Shown piece by piece: positions 50,860 to 63,295 of a stretch of 64,000 bases of DNA. The notes under the pieces were generated by a model. It searched no databases. It was given only the letters and a program-made list of their open reading frames with translations, and was not told where the DNA came from. A program made the position numbers and the translations under genes. This DNA is from Podarcis vaucheri (taxonomy: Eukaryota), in assembly GCA_965113315.1 (NCBI GenBank), contig OZ220368.1; one strand, written 5' to 3'. Within the stretch, counting starts at the first letter, position 1, and each line of letters starts with the position of its first letter.

Positions 50860-50978
50860 GTAGCCAATGCAGTGCCCTCCGATATTGTTTGCCTTCAGCC
50901 CCAGCATCCTTGACCACTGACCATGCTGCCTGGGGCTGATGTCCAACAATAGCTGGAAAGAACCAGACTGACTTCCTG
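50860..50978. mobile_element. Palindromic hAT-type MITE, internally deleted
   Basis: tagccaatgcagtgccctccgat...cccagcatccttgaccactgaccatgctgcctggggctgat..tccaacaatagctgga. Confidence 0.55.
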
Positions 50979-53633
50979 TACATCCACCACGTGAAGAATG
51001 AGTGCCTTCTCACCTGTTTTAAACTGATCTAGCCTAGGAGGGCTAGTGGATGAACACTGCACACATTAGCAACTGCATATGAAACCACATATGCAGGTGA
51101 ATGTTAGGCAGATTATTTTTTTTGGTTCACTTCAAGCCAAGTTTGTTTGCAGTCCCTTCTGCTCTTCCTTTTACCATGCTAACAGACACTGTAAATTCAA
51201 GTGTGAAGGAACCATGCCTGCACAATTATCTTCTGTCACAGGAGTTGCAATCTGCATCATTAGCCAGGCATTAATGTTGGCAGAAGAACAAGACAGGAAG
51301 AGGCAGTGTTTAATATAAACACCAGTAAATGACAGCAAGCCTGCGTGCACAGTTTAACATCCTTTGGTTTTTTTATCATTTCCACATTGGGCTTTACTTA
51401 TTACATTTAAATAAAACATGTAGCACAATTAGAGGAATGTAATAAAGATCACTCTATCTATCTTATAAGTGCATATGTCTGTTGCAGTATAAGCATTTAG
51501 GATGCAAGCTAAATAAGAGTGTTGAAGGTGGTTTAATACAGGTGCTATTTTCTGTGGAGCATACAGTCAACTGGCTTATGAAGGTTTTTTAAAAACAACA
51601 ACAATAAAATAAGTACTGCAAAAATCTGAGAATGACAATGGGGTTGTATTGGGAAAACACATACAACACCTCTATCATTTTATTCTCAGCTATCTGAAAA
51701 GAACTGCCAATGGCAATTATAGGATTGGAGTATATTTCACTCTTTAGGAAATCTGAAATTCCTGGTTACCATAGTGTTAGCATAGGTTGATTGGAGGCAG
51801 ACTTTGGTAATCTTTCAAAATATGGCACCCTTTGCAAGGCCAACATCTGGCACCCCAAAATCTTCACCATTATGGATCATCTCAATTGTGTGCCCCCATG
51901 GCTCAGCTCCCTGTATGGCAGAACACACCACCTTAAATCCTGCACTGGATTGATATTAAAGTAATGAGAAGGTCAGTTGTGCAGCAGTATATCTTTGTCA
52001 CTGCCACCCTTGTCACACACACCCTTCTTTCCCAAGCAAAAATGCTAGGGAATCTGGAATGGGGTACTCTACATTAATGGCACATTGCTGACATGTTCTA
52101 CAAGAATTTGGCTCTTATTTAATGTGCAGACATAGAGACGGCGCTCATGTGGCATCTGAATTCTGTACCTACTTTAAAAATTGCAGTGAATATGTCTGTT
52201 AGCTGGGAAAGCCATATAGGGGGCAACTAAGTAACAGTGCAGTCAATTACCTGCCCAGATGTGGTGGGTGCAAAGCATTTTCCAAGTCAAAGAAAATGTT
52301 TGATGAGATAAAGGGAAGCAGTTCATGGCAAATGGCAAATGTGTGGTGGAGGTGGAGGAGGAGAGAGATTAATTCCCCTCTTGAATGAGAAGTGTGTTTG
52401 AGACTGACAGATGGGCTGTAAATACTCAGAACCAAGGACAGGAGCTGAGAAAGAGACAGTCTGGTGATTGAAGTGTGATTGTGATTGAGGTAGTATGTTT
52501 CCTAGCCAAGGTGACAGGTTTTTTTTGTGCTGGGGTTGAAGCAAGGAAGGGGAAAGAATTCAAGCCAAGGGTGCTGCACTTCACATCAGCCTAGACTAGG
52601 GCACAATCTTTAGACTCGATAAGTGATATCCGGGTCCCATACGGGTTATCCTTGCAGGTCAAATTCACTGCCTGCCTTTTAAGTGAGTTGTTGAAGGTGC
52701 AAGAAAGGTGAAAAGACTCTTTGTTCCTTGCTAAAATCATTGAGCTGTCTAGCAGCGTTGGCTGTGGTAGCCATGCGACTGGAAGTTAATCACGCAGTAG
52801 TGAAATTTGCCCGATGTTGATCATGAGAACAGCGACTACACATCAGTAGCAATTCGGCCCCAAAAGTAGGCATTACCTAAGAAATATAAAGTGGGAGGGG
52901 CATTTCAGATCTAGAAGAAGTTCTGTACATATTCCCTCCATATGTGTTGCTTTGCTGTGCAGATGTAAACGTATCATAATGGCTTTGTTCAACATCATAC
53001 ATTATTCATTCATTCATTCTTCTACTACTACTTCTACTACTACTACCTGACACACCCTCCATTGTTACTTTTAATACATATTATAAAATGTTTGAAATGC
53101 TAATTCACCAGTTCAGGATTTGAGCAATGGCTACACAGATTTATCTCAGCAATTTAAATAAGATTCTGGGCAAACCCCCGTAAATAAAACCCATGGGTCA
53201 GAGACCAGGGACAGGTTTGGGGTTTAGAGATTTTCTTCTTTTATATTTGGTTCTACCTTGAGGAACCCCCCTCCCCCCAAAAAAAACCCAAAAACAATCA
53301 CACACACCTGGAACCACAATCTGCATGTCTAGATAGCTGCTTCTGCATCCTCTCACACACACCTGAGAGATGGCCAAACAACCATATTTTTAAAAAGTTC
53401 TTTAAAAACCCAGCAGTATTAGCAGCCAGAAGATTGTAGATACATAGATATTCTGAACTTCAAAACTTCCCATTTCCTCCCAAGGTCTAAATGCACAGTT
53501 GAAAGTCTCTTTCCTTTGGCCCGTCTCATGGAGTTGGAGTCCCTTGCTTGCTCTGCCAATATGCAAAAATTGAGAGTGTAGAATGGGGGTGGGTGGGAAT
53601 CAAGAGCACTGGAAAATGGAAACATTTGGAGTG

Positions 53634-53667
53634 CTGCAATCGATCCTGGTCCAGCAGGTGGCAGCAG
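53634..53667 (+). promoter_or_regulatory. Candidate CTCF motif with possible upstream (U) motif
   Basis: CCAGCAGGTGGCAG at 53651-53664 fits CCASYAGRKGGCRS exactly. CTGCAAT lies just upstream at 53634-53640. Confidence 0.5.
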
Positions 53668-54107
53668 AAGGCTCTCATAATTCCTCCAAATTTTTTTAGA
53701 AACTTGCAGTTCCTGATTTTGCCAATAGAAAATTGAGAAAATGAATCCAGCTGCTAGGATATCTCAACACTTCCCTTCGGGCCTGAGTAGAGTCTTGGGT
53801 TTCAGTGTATGTGATTCCCAAAGGAGAACTATTAACCGTGTGACTATTCATCACGTTAATGGGAAATAGTGACCGGTGGAAGCCAGTCCCCTTCTTAAGA
53901 CAGAGTTTAACTTGGACCTATGGCAAACTAAGCTCCATTTCTTATGCACCTGTTGAAGGGAGCCAAGCATAAATTTATCTAGATAATTTTCCACCTTCTT
54001 CATGCTTCTGAACCAAACATTTCAGAGGATCAAGCTGGGAAAGTGGACTGGAGACAAAGCAATGGATTTTCATTCCCCAGCAGGAATTCAGAGTCCCAGA
54101 AACACTT

Positions 54108-54243
54108 AAGCCTCTTTCAACCTTGGTTCCCTATATGTTGTTGGACTGCAACTCCCATCACCCTGGAACACTGGTCCTACTAGCTAAGGATGATGGGAGT
54201 TGTATTCCAACAATAGCTGGGGACCCATGGTTGAAAAAGGCTG
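54108..54243. mobile_element. Palindromic ~130-bp hAT-type MITE
   Basis: Termini agcctctttcaacc / ggttgaaaaaggct; inner arms caactcccatca / tgatgggagttg. Confidence 0.75.
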
Positions 54244-55456
54244 TTCTAAATGGTGCTGTTTGTCCTGCAGGGATTATACTCTCTGTATTAACTCCTTGTA
54301 CATAGAGCAATGAAAGATGCTCACCTGTCAGCAGCACACCCCTCCATACACACACACACCTTAGAAAAGTCAACCCAGAATTCCCATTAAATCTCCCTGT
54401 AGTCGTGGCCCAGCAAAAGCTCCCTGTTTCCTGACACTGAGCAACTTAGTGACCTGGAATGTCTGCCTGATATCTTGCTAGGCTTTCTACCGCATCTATC
54501 ATATCATATGGTTTATTTATTTTATGCACTGCACCTCACTCTGGTATCTGTACAGGTGGTGGGCAGTATATTTATATTTTTAAGACAATTGTGTGGGGTT
54601 TGTCCTACTTGCCATGTCTATAATTCTGCATCAGCTGCAGGAGTGCAAACTGACTCTCTCACTCTGGCTTTTATTCCTCTCCCATTCCAGCTCAAAACAG
54701 TACTTTAGTTCAGCTTGCTTATGCTTCTTCCTTCCCCTTGATTGCTTTCTGCACTTTCTTTATTTGCCCATACTGGCTTGCTTTGCCGCAAAGTGTATTT
54801 ATTGCTAGCTAGCACACATAAATGCTCAGACATACATTCAATTACCTTTGAACAATTTCCATTTACTTTCTATTTTTTGCTTCCCCCCTGTTCAATTTCA
54901 CCAAGCTCCTGCATTCTCCTGAGTGTGTTCAACTGACATGCACTCTTCTTCTAGTTCTTCTTTAATTAAGGACTTGCACTAAATTCTCATCAGTGGGATT
55001 CAGTGGCTATCTTGTTTATACATCTTGGGCTGGGAATGTAAGCTTACCCCCCAAAACAGAGCAAGCGGTGCTGGTGTTTTGTTTTCTCCATCTACCATTG
55101 AACAATTATGCATAAAATCACTTTCCTGCCATGCATCTTCAGAATTGTTTTTGTCCAGACATGATTTCCAGTAGTAGGGTCTAGGAAACACACTATTTTG
55201 GCAATGTTTTCTGGACCATGTATTTGCTCCAGCACTCCTTTCCTTCTTCACTCATTCAGTCTAGGAGAGAGGATTTAACAACTGCTTAGGTTACGACAGG
55301 TGTGGGAATATAAGGGGCGGGGCTGAATCAGAGCATTGGTTTGTTTAGCTTATTCTGAGTGAGGGCATGACAACTTGCACAACTTGTGATCTACCAAACT
55401 GAACGCAGCTGATCTGCAATGTACTTTAGCCTGCAATTGCTGACAGTTAGTACTGA

Positions 55457-55943
55457 AAAAGTAGAGACATCACCTTGCCAACAAAGGTGTGTATAGTAAA
55501 AGCTATGGTTTTCCCAGTGGTGATGTATGGAAGTGTGAGTTGGACCATAAAGAAGGCTGATTGCTGAAGAATTGATGCTTTTGAATTATGGTGCTGGAGG
55601 AGACTCCTGAGAGTCCCATGGACTGCAAGAAGATCAAACCTCTCCAGTCTGAAGGAAATCAGCCCTGGGTGCTCACTGGAAGGACAGATCGTGAAGCTGA
55701 GGCTCCAATACTTTGGCCACCTCATGAGAAGAGAAGACTCCCTGGAAAAGACCCTGATGTTGGGAAAGATGGAGGGCACAAGGAGAAGGGCACAACAGAG
55801 GACAAGATGGTTGGATAGTGTTCTTGGAGCTACCAGCATGAGTTTGACCAAACTGTGGGAGGCAGTGGAAGACAGGAGTGCCTGGCATGCTCTGGTCCAT
55901 GGGGTCACAAAGAGTCAGACACGACTAAACAACAACAACAACA
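55457..55943 (+). mobile_element. BovB LINE 3' fragment, 5'-truncated
   Basis: RDITLPTKVCIVKAMVFPVVMYGS...KLRLQYFGHLMRREDSLEKTLMLGKMEG; (CAA)n tail. TSD AGTACTGA at 55449-55456 and 55944-55951. Confidence 0.95.
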
Positions 55944-58224
55944 AGTACTGATACCTCACACCGGATTACTGTGCTGATTTTTTTTTTTTTGATACTGTTT
56001 TATTTAACTCGTTTATTTTAATAGGATTTTGTATAGTTTTAATACACTGGAAACCATTTTGGTATTTTCCTATAAATGAAAAGTGGTGTGGGGGTATATA
56101 TTTTCTCTCTCTCTCTCTTGTGTTATAGTCTGCCTCTCAACCCCATGCTCCATCTTTCCTTGTTATTGGGCACAATCAGAACTGCAATTATGCTTGGTCA
56201 ATATGTAGCTCTTCAGATTGCTTACTTGGCAGGTGCCCAGGATCTAAGCAGGGAATGGAAGCTGAGGCTGGGGAAATCTATGGGCCTTGAGGGATTGGAG
56301 CTGACAGTGTTACTTCTCCTCCTCCAGTCAATTATTTTCCTCCAGCCCCTTCTAATACTCCATTTTTTATAATAAATGATGGATTACGTACATAAAAGCT
56401 TTTTAGAAAAAACAGGGCTGTTGTACCAGGATTTTATCCTATGAAATTCTAATCTACGATAACTCATGAGGCAAGCATCCCTCAGCAGGTTCTTTCTCTC
56501 TTCTTAGCAACACAATGTATTGGGGGGGATGGGGACCAACACACCTGAGGACAAAAACAACACATAGAACCCACTGGTAGAGATGGTTACAGTGCTTTAA
56601 CATTTGCAGATGGATCTTAATCAAAACTAAATCATGCTGCAGTCTTATATACCAATATCTGTATGATCTATGAGGTGCATGGGTATCTTCAGGAATTTTT
56701 CCAGGGGTGGTCAAAGTAAAAACTTGGGGGGTAGGGCGAATTTCCCAGGGATGCGCAGGGTAGTTTTCATGGCCAGGAAGCTTCAGTCCCAGAGGCCAAA
56801 TGTGCCCCTTCAGGCCCCTACTTTTGCCTTTGGCTACAGCAAAGGCAATCAGGTCCCATAAACTTGCCCACAAGAAAATGTGGCCTTCAGACCCTCAGAG
56901 GACTAAACCCCCTTGGTTTAATCCTCTGACTTTTCCATTATTGCCTCTTCCTCATTTTGCTCGTCTCCTCTTTCCCCAATAACTCTACTCTGACTAACCT
57001 TGCAGATCACCCCATGTAATTTCTCCATTTGCCCTTTGCCCGTTCTAGTTTGAATCTCATGAATACTGCTGTCTATTCCCCTCTTCACCTTTAAAGGTGT
57101 CTAGAGTAATGTTTTAACCTACTACGGTCCTGATAAGCACCTAAAAACTTTGTTCGGGGCTATTAAATAGGGTTTGCCAAGTTCCCATTTGCTTCCTAAT
57201 TCACTGGAACTGTGTTGAGTAGAACTTTCAGCTGAATTCCAGCTATCCATTGCATACAGAAGCACTACATTTATGTAAGTGATTAAGATGCAATATCAGT
57301 TGTTGTTGTTTTTAAAAACTCTAAACTGGCACTATTACTGAGATGCCTGAATGCAACTAATGTTCCTAAAAAACGCTGAACTCCCTCAGATAAAAGATGC
57401 AGCACCTTAAATTAGGCTGAAAAATCCTGACCTCTGCAAACCTTGTTTTCATCCCCCTCCTCACATACATTGATGCTATATGAATATCACTAGATCTCAT
57501 TCAGATGCAACGTATGGTGCTGTGGACTGAAACAGCTCTCTGATTGTAATTAATCCCCAGAACAATTCCTTGCTCCCATTAAATATTAGCAGACATCATA
57601 GATAACCAAGGAGGAGAGATAACATGAATGTTGTGAAGGAGAGAACAGTAATGCTGGTAGGTTCTCCCACATTTTAATTTTGACCTTCCCTTGAAAAATA
57701 AAGTTTCCTTAGTCCCCCTTCCCTTTGGCCCCTATTTGCAGCCAGAGAATTACCAGAGCTTCTGCCTCTTTGAGTTATTTTCTTCTCACTGATAAAACCT
57801 TAAATCTTTTTAAAAGACTGCTTGTTTTAATTGAAAAATTTCAATCAATCTACAACCCCCCATCCTAAATAGCCCCACATGCAGTAAATAATCCGTAGTG
57901 AGTCTTTCTGCAGTAAAGAAATAAATAATTCTGAATCTGCTGTATCCTACTTGATCTCCAAGCTTTAAATCACTGTGGTTTGCACTGAGCTCAGCCAAAA
58001 TACTAAACACACTGGAGCATGACTATTACTTAGGGACTGCAAGTCTTTTTTTAAAGGTACAGCATCAGAGGCTGTCAACCTTTCCCCCCAGGGGAGCTCT
58101 ATCATGATGGAGCCTGCTGGTTCTGTGCAAGCAAATTGGCTTCCATGCCACTTCATCTGCTCTTAACGTTAGGGGTGAAGAAAATGCTTTAGACATAAGA
58201 ACAGGTGGGCTGTAGAGCCAATAC

Positions 58225-58383
58225 CTCAGGGAAGTTGCAGAACAGCCTTCCCAAAAGGTCTCTAAGAAGAGAATGGATGGCTGTTAATCAGGTATTGTAC
58301 AGTATAAGGCTGGGAATCCTGATTTGGCAGGGGGTCAAACGGGATAAGTTATAGGAGCCCTTCCCTTGTTGTGATTGCATGAC
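58225..58383 (+). mobile_element. Old CR1 3' end
   Basis: ccttccc.aaaggtctctaagaagagaatggatggc...tcctg..ttggcaggggg...cccttcc...tgtgattgcatga. Confidence 0.45.
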
Positions 58384-58687
58384 AGCAATATGCAACATCC
58401 AACGAGAAGACTAAAAACCTTTCTACTTAATTCAGCCCAGGTCCTTGGACATCAGATTTCCTTACTCTTTTCCAGTAAATCTGATCCATTTCAATTTGGT
58501 GTGCCAAGTAGTGTTTACTAAGGTAATTCCTCTCGTTTCTTTGTGATGCATTGTACCAGGCAAGACATTTGAACATTTCCCTTGGTTTGCATGGATTGTT
58601 GGTATTTGTTTCTTCTCTGAGCAGAGTCTGGTTGCATGAGGCCACACCCAAACTGGCATGTGCAATATGAGTTCTGCTTAAGATAAT

Positions 58688-58925
58688 ATCCAAGTCCCTC
58701 ATCCTGTCAGTGCAAGGATTTCCACATGTGCATTAGGGCTCCCCCTCCCCCACCGCATGTGACCTGCATTCTCTCTATATCTGTTCTGGAGCATTGGAGA
58801 AAACCCCATAACAGATTTAGGGGATGGATGGGGAGAGGAGACAGAATGGGGGGGGGGTCCCATGGTGCAAGTGGAAATCCTTGCGCTGACAGGAGGCTTA
58901 CTTAACGCCTCACTGGATACAAGCC
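58688..58925. mobile_element. Fold-back (MITE-like) element
   Basis: Arms tcctgtcagtgcaaggatttccac (58702-58725) and gtggaaatccttgcgctgacagga (58871-58894), 23/24 complementary, with further inner pairing. Confidence 0.75.
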
Positions 58926-59309
58926 TAAGTGTGCCATTTCCGTGATTTGCACTGCACATGTTGGACCAGATTACCATTGGCCAGGCTGTGGTAGCTAATT
59001 TTAGTCGCTTAGTGGACACACACAACTGAGAGTAAATCATATTAAATTCAATGAGACTTTCTTCTAAACAGGTACAGTATGTATAGGAATGTGCTGTAAA
59101 GGGATTCATTTCTGATTCAGCTTGCAGACAGGTAGTTGGAAAGCAGTCTGTGCCATCATCTTGAAAGAACATAATTTTTGAAGTACAATTTATAACGCTT
59201 TAAAATACGTTGTGGGAACAGCTTATATTCTTTTAGAAAGAATCTGTATTAAATCACTGGGCAGTGAATTGTATCTCCTTTCACATAGATATAGAGCTAT
59301 TGATGCTGG

Positions 59310-59452
59310 CAGTGCTTTTTCTGGGGGGTCCTCAAAGGTACGCAGTACTGGCACCTTCATACCCCCCCACCCATGTTAAAAGTGTGTCACTTCCTATAAC
59401 AACTTCATGGTGCGTACTGGCACCTTTTTTCTAAAAAGGAGAGAAAGCACTT
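59310..59452. mobile_element. hAT-like MITE
   Basis: TIR cagtgctttt / aaagcactt; degenerate 8-bp TSD gatgctgg / gatgttgc; internal gtactggcacctt repeat. Confidence 0.6.
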
Positions 59453-59619
59453 GATGTTGCTGAGTTTCTTTGCTTGCTAATGTATATGCTGAGAAGAAGA
59501 ATAAAGTACAGTCTTTCTTGGATTGCACCACTGCAGACTACAGGAGCAGGACCACATGTTTGAACACAGTCCACTATTGAAAATAAACAAGCTATATCCG
59601 GACGCTTCTGTCATTGTCC

Positions 59620-59908
59620 GTATCAGTTGCAAATTTCCTTTCTTTAAAGGGTCATTGTGAAAATTCATTAGCATTTATGTAATGCATTGATGTTGTTTTC
59701 ACAAATCTATGCATTTTGATGCACACTTTACTCAAATAGATGCATTTTTTGTACACATTGTCTGGAGAGCTGCATTGCAAAATTCAGAGAAGTGCAAATT
59801 TCAAAGGATAGCTGTCCTCCAGTTCACTTTTTGCTTCAGGCAGAGCAAATTACGGTAGGCAGGTTCACCTTCAAATGTGAACTCAACCAATTTTGTCCCC
59901 CATCCCTA
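59620..59908. mobile_element. AT-rich DNA-transposon-like repeat fragment (hAT-like end ccccatcccta)
   Basis: Repeated atgcatttt motifs and gcattgcaaaattcagagaagtgcaaatttc, recognised from memory as a common lizard repeat. Confidence 0.4.
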
Positions 59909-60236
59909 AAAACAACTATTTGCAAAGAGAAAATTAACACTACACAGAGAAGGCTAAGCTCATTCACAACATGCAGCTTTTCTACATGCAAGTATGTTGG
60001 GAGGTATTTATATATACATTCTCATGATTCTTTTAAGCATGCAACTCAGCCCAAAATCTCATATGGAGTGTCCAACCTGCAACCCACTACAACAGACTTA
60101 TGGTAACTGAATGCTGGTATTTCTATTATCCTGTTTTTAAAAATCCATGTACACAGAAAACTAGCACATTAGGAAGTTGACTAGCTTGGACCATTCTCTT
60201 TGATATTCTAATTTTCTACATGCATTCCCAAGTGTA

Positions 60237-60606
60237 AGGTAAAGGTAAAGGTAAAGGTACCCCTGCCCGAACGGGCCAGTCTTGACAGACTCTGGGGTTT
60301 GTGCGCCCATCTCACATCTATTGGCCGGGGGCCAGCGCTGTCCGAAGACACTTCCGGGTCACGTGGCCAGCGTGACAACGCTGCTCTGGCGAGCCAGAGC
60401 CGCACACGGAACGCCGTTTACCTTCCTGCTGGTAAGCGGTACCTATTTATCTACTTGCCCCCGGGGGTGCTTTCGAACTGCTAGGTGGGCAGGCGCTGGG
60501 ACCGAGCAGCGGGAGCGCACCCCGCCGCGGGGATTCGAACCGCCGACCTTTCGATCGGCAAGCCCTAGGCGCTGAGGCTTTAGCCCACAGCGCCACCCGC
60601 GTCCCT
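60237..60606 (-). mobile_element. Full-length young Sauria SINE (Squam1)
   Basis: Minus strand starts gggacgcgggtggcgctgtgg (A box), B box GGTTCGAATCC (60531-60541), (ACCTTT)n tail. 13-bp TSD ATTCCCAAGTGTA at 60224-60236 and 60607-60619. CpG-rich. Confidence 0.95.
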
Positions 60607-62906
60607 ATTCCCAAGTGTAGGTGACCATTAAAGGGGGGGGTTGCATTTTGAAGCTGAGAAAATATTCAGCCAGATAGTGGGGAGAATTGTTTGGTTTGCT
60701 AGATGGGGTGTGTGAGAGGAGAGAATGATTTATAATGCTCATTTAGTGTAACTGTGATGAAAGAGATGTACAAGACAGAGTTTCAACTCAGGAAAAGCTT
60801 CCATAGTCTTGAACATCAGTACCCACACACCTAAGGACCTACTTCTTAATGAAACCGACAAAAATATATTCCTAGGCCATAGTTACATGAAAGAGAGGAA
60901 ATTCTCTTCTTGATAAATGCCGCAATTTCTGTAATGGAAAACTGACTTTCTAGCAAAGTTGGCATACTCAGCAGAGCTGTATCTTGTTGTTGGCTTTTTC
61001 CTCTGTATGCATCTCCCTCCCTCTTCCTCCTCTTTTTTCATAATTTAACTGCTTGCATAAAACAAAGAAGCACACAGGTCTGTCAAATGATACCTCCAGG
61101 CTAGAAGGTCATAGTTCTTAATCCTCTTAGGGGGATAGACTTGGATGAGTTCCATAACTAATAACCCAGCCAATAGCATTTCAGGCTGATGGAGGTGCTG
61201 TCCTCTAGAAGAGACATAAAAGTTAAGATCCAATCCGTTTGATGGAGACCCCCAAAGGACTTATCAAATATTGAACGGCGCTGCTAACTGGCTTTGCCCT
61301 TGTCAAATCCTTATCGCGGCAGAAGCCTCACTCACTGTGGCATAGAAATGACACAACAGATCTTATTAAAATGAGATTGTGGCTTTGAAAGGAGTCTTAT
61401 TAATTCCAATAATTGCCACTGCTTTGCAAAACGCGGGGTGGGAAGTCAACCCACACTCTTGAAAGCAAAATGGTCCCACATTTTAAGAAGTAAAACAAGC
61501 GCAAGGATGGATCATAGTGCGACTGGTCTCTGCAGTGGCAACATTATTAAATGATCAGTGAGCTATTAAAGCTACAGTGCTTAGTATCTCCCCTAAAGAC
61601 TCATAGCGCTAACAGGTTTCCAAATTGAGGTTTTTATTGCTGGAAGAAGGCTCTGTGTGCAGTTCTTGAAGCTGCGATTACAGGGAATGGTTGTGAGCAG
61701 ACTGACACTAAACAGGAGCAACAAATCTTCTTGAGTGAAAACTGGCAATGGATGACTCCCCAAAGTGTTTCAATATGACAGCAAAGAGGACTATAGAAGT
61801 GGAAAGGATACTGCATAATAAGAAACTGAAACTAATCAGAAATATGGTGTTTTACTTGGATTTAAATAAAGAGCAAGGTTTTACGCGCCTTTATCTGACC
61901 AGTTGGGATGGGTAAAAATGGGTAATTGATAGCGTTACAGGAAATTTCACCCACCATTAACTTCAAATGATATCCTTTCCTAGGGGGCCAAGGTTTCTTA
62001 TATTCCTTCCAAAGGTATTGAAATGTAGCCACTAGCAGAGGAGAAACTGCTGCCACTTCTGTTTTTCCAAGAGCAGGTCTTTCACCATGTCATTTGGGCC
62101 AGAAAAGAGGAAGGAATACTAATCCAATAGCCATCACGAGGATGGTAATGACAGCAGGAACCAATGTTCTGGGGAACACATTTGGAAAATTGAAATCCAG
62201 GGAAGCAGCCATTGTTAATTCCATTGAAGTAAGCACTGCATTGGGTCAAGTAAGTTTTTTTTCTATCTCTCTCTCCTGTGGCATAATTTTATAGATTGCA
62301 AATGCAGGATAGTGTAAGAGGAAAAACTGAAAATAAAAGTCAAGCAAAAGAAAGAAAAAGGAACCAGTTGAAGACATTGCTGCAATTATAGTGGACAAAG
62401 AGTCCCTGTACAGTGGATTTTAAGAACCAGCCCGCCTTTTTCAGCACCCTTATTTCGTTTGTTACCAGCTCAACTGATTAGAGGACAGAGACACTGGAGC
62501 GCATCTGAAGTTGAGATAAGAGAATCATTACAATACTAAGGGTGCAAAGCCTTTATCTCCTTTGCATGTGAGAGATGCAATTGTCTGCAAAGAGTGACTG
62601 AGAAACATCCCAAGATCAAGCTTTTTCAGACTACCAATGCAGCTTTCTGCAGGAGATCTATGAAGTACTAAACACTTGGAGCCAATGATAGATGAAACAA
62701 TTGACCTCTCATATGCACCTACATCAAATGTAGTTAAGCTGAAATCCAGAGAAAGAATAAATGAAACAGGTGCTGCACAGTGTATCTGCAGGACTTTAGA
62801 AAAGGTTTTGGTCACTGAGACTTGTGCTACATTAAGAAGCAGAGTAATAATAATAGTAATACCTTCTGAATGATATCATGAATGTTTTCTTTCTTTTTAA
62901 AAAACT

Positions 62907-62992
62907 TTCCCATCAGCCCCAGCAAGCATGTTCAAGGATGATGGAACTATAGCCTTGCAACATCTGGAGGGCCACAGGTTCTCTACTCCTGC
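62907..62992. mobile_element. Partial palindromic hAT-type MITE
   Basis: tcccatcagccccagc...gatgatggaact.tag...caacatctggagggccacaggttc.ctactcctg. Confidence 0.6.
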
Positions 62993-63245
62993 CTAGATCC
63001 TGGGTTAGGTCCCTCATGACAAACAGTGGTTGGTTCTGAGCTGACATCAAACATTACTTGAAGTGATTAGTGTCCTTGTTTTAAATGAAAGCTCAGTTAT
63101 TTTCAAGAGTGTGAAGTCTTGTTCTTCCAGATTTCCATGATGTGATTCCCCCACCTACAGTCAGAAGTGGTACAATCCAGACTCAGGTTTACCCACCTTG
63201 ATTCAAGGTGAAACCTGGCACATTCTTGCTAATAAAAGTTGATTC

Positions 63246-63248
<3 letters not shown>

Positions 63249-63293
<45 letters not shown>
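63249..63293. repeat. (AT)22 microsatellite
   Basis: Direct reading. Confidence 0.96.

Positions 63294-63295
<2 letters not shown>

Noticed and set aside
45178-61978. Extra U12-like donor motifs (ATATCCTTT at 45178 and 61970; GTATCCTTT on the minus strand near 35860, 46175 and 61802) as recursive minor splice sites
   Set aside because: None is preceded by a convincing U12 branch site with AC/AG or by an exon. A few hits are plausible by chance in 128 kb of AT-rich sequence.
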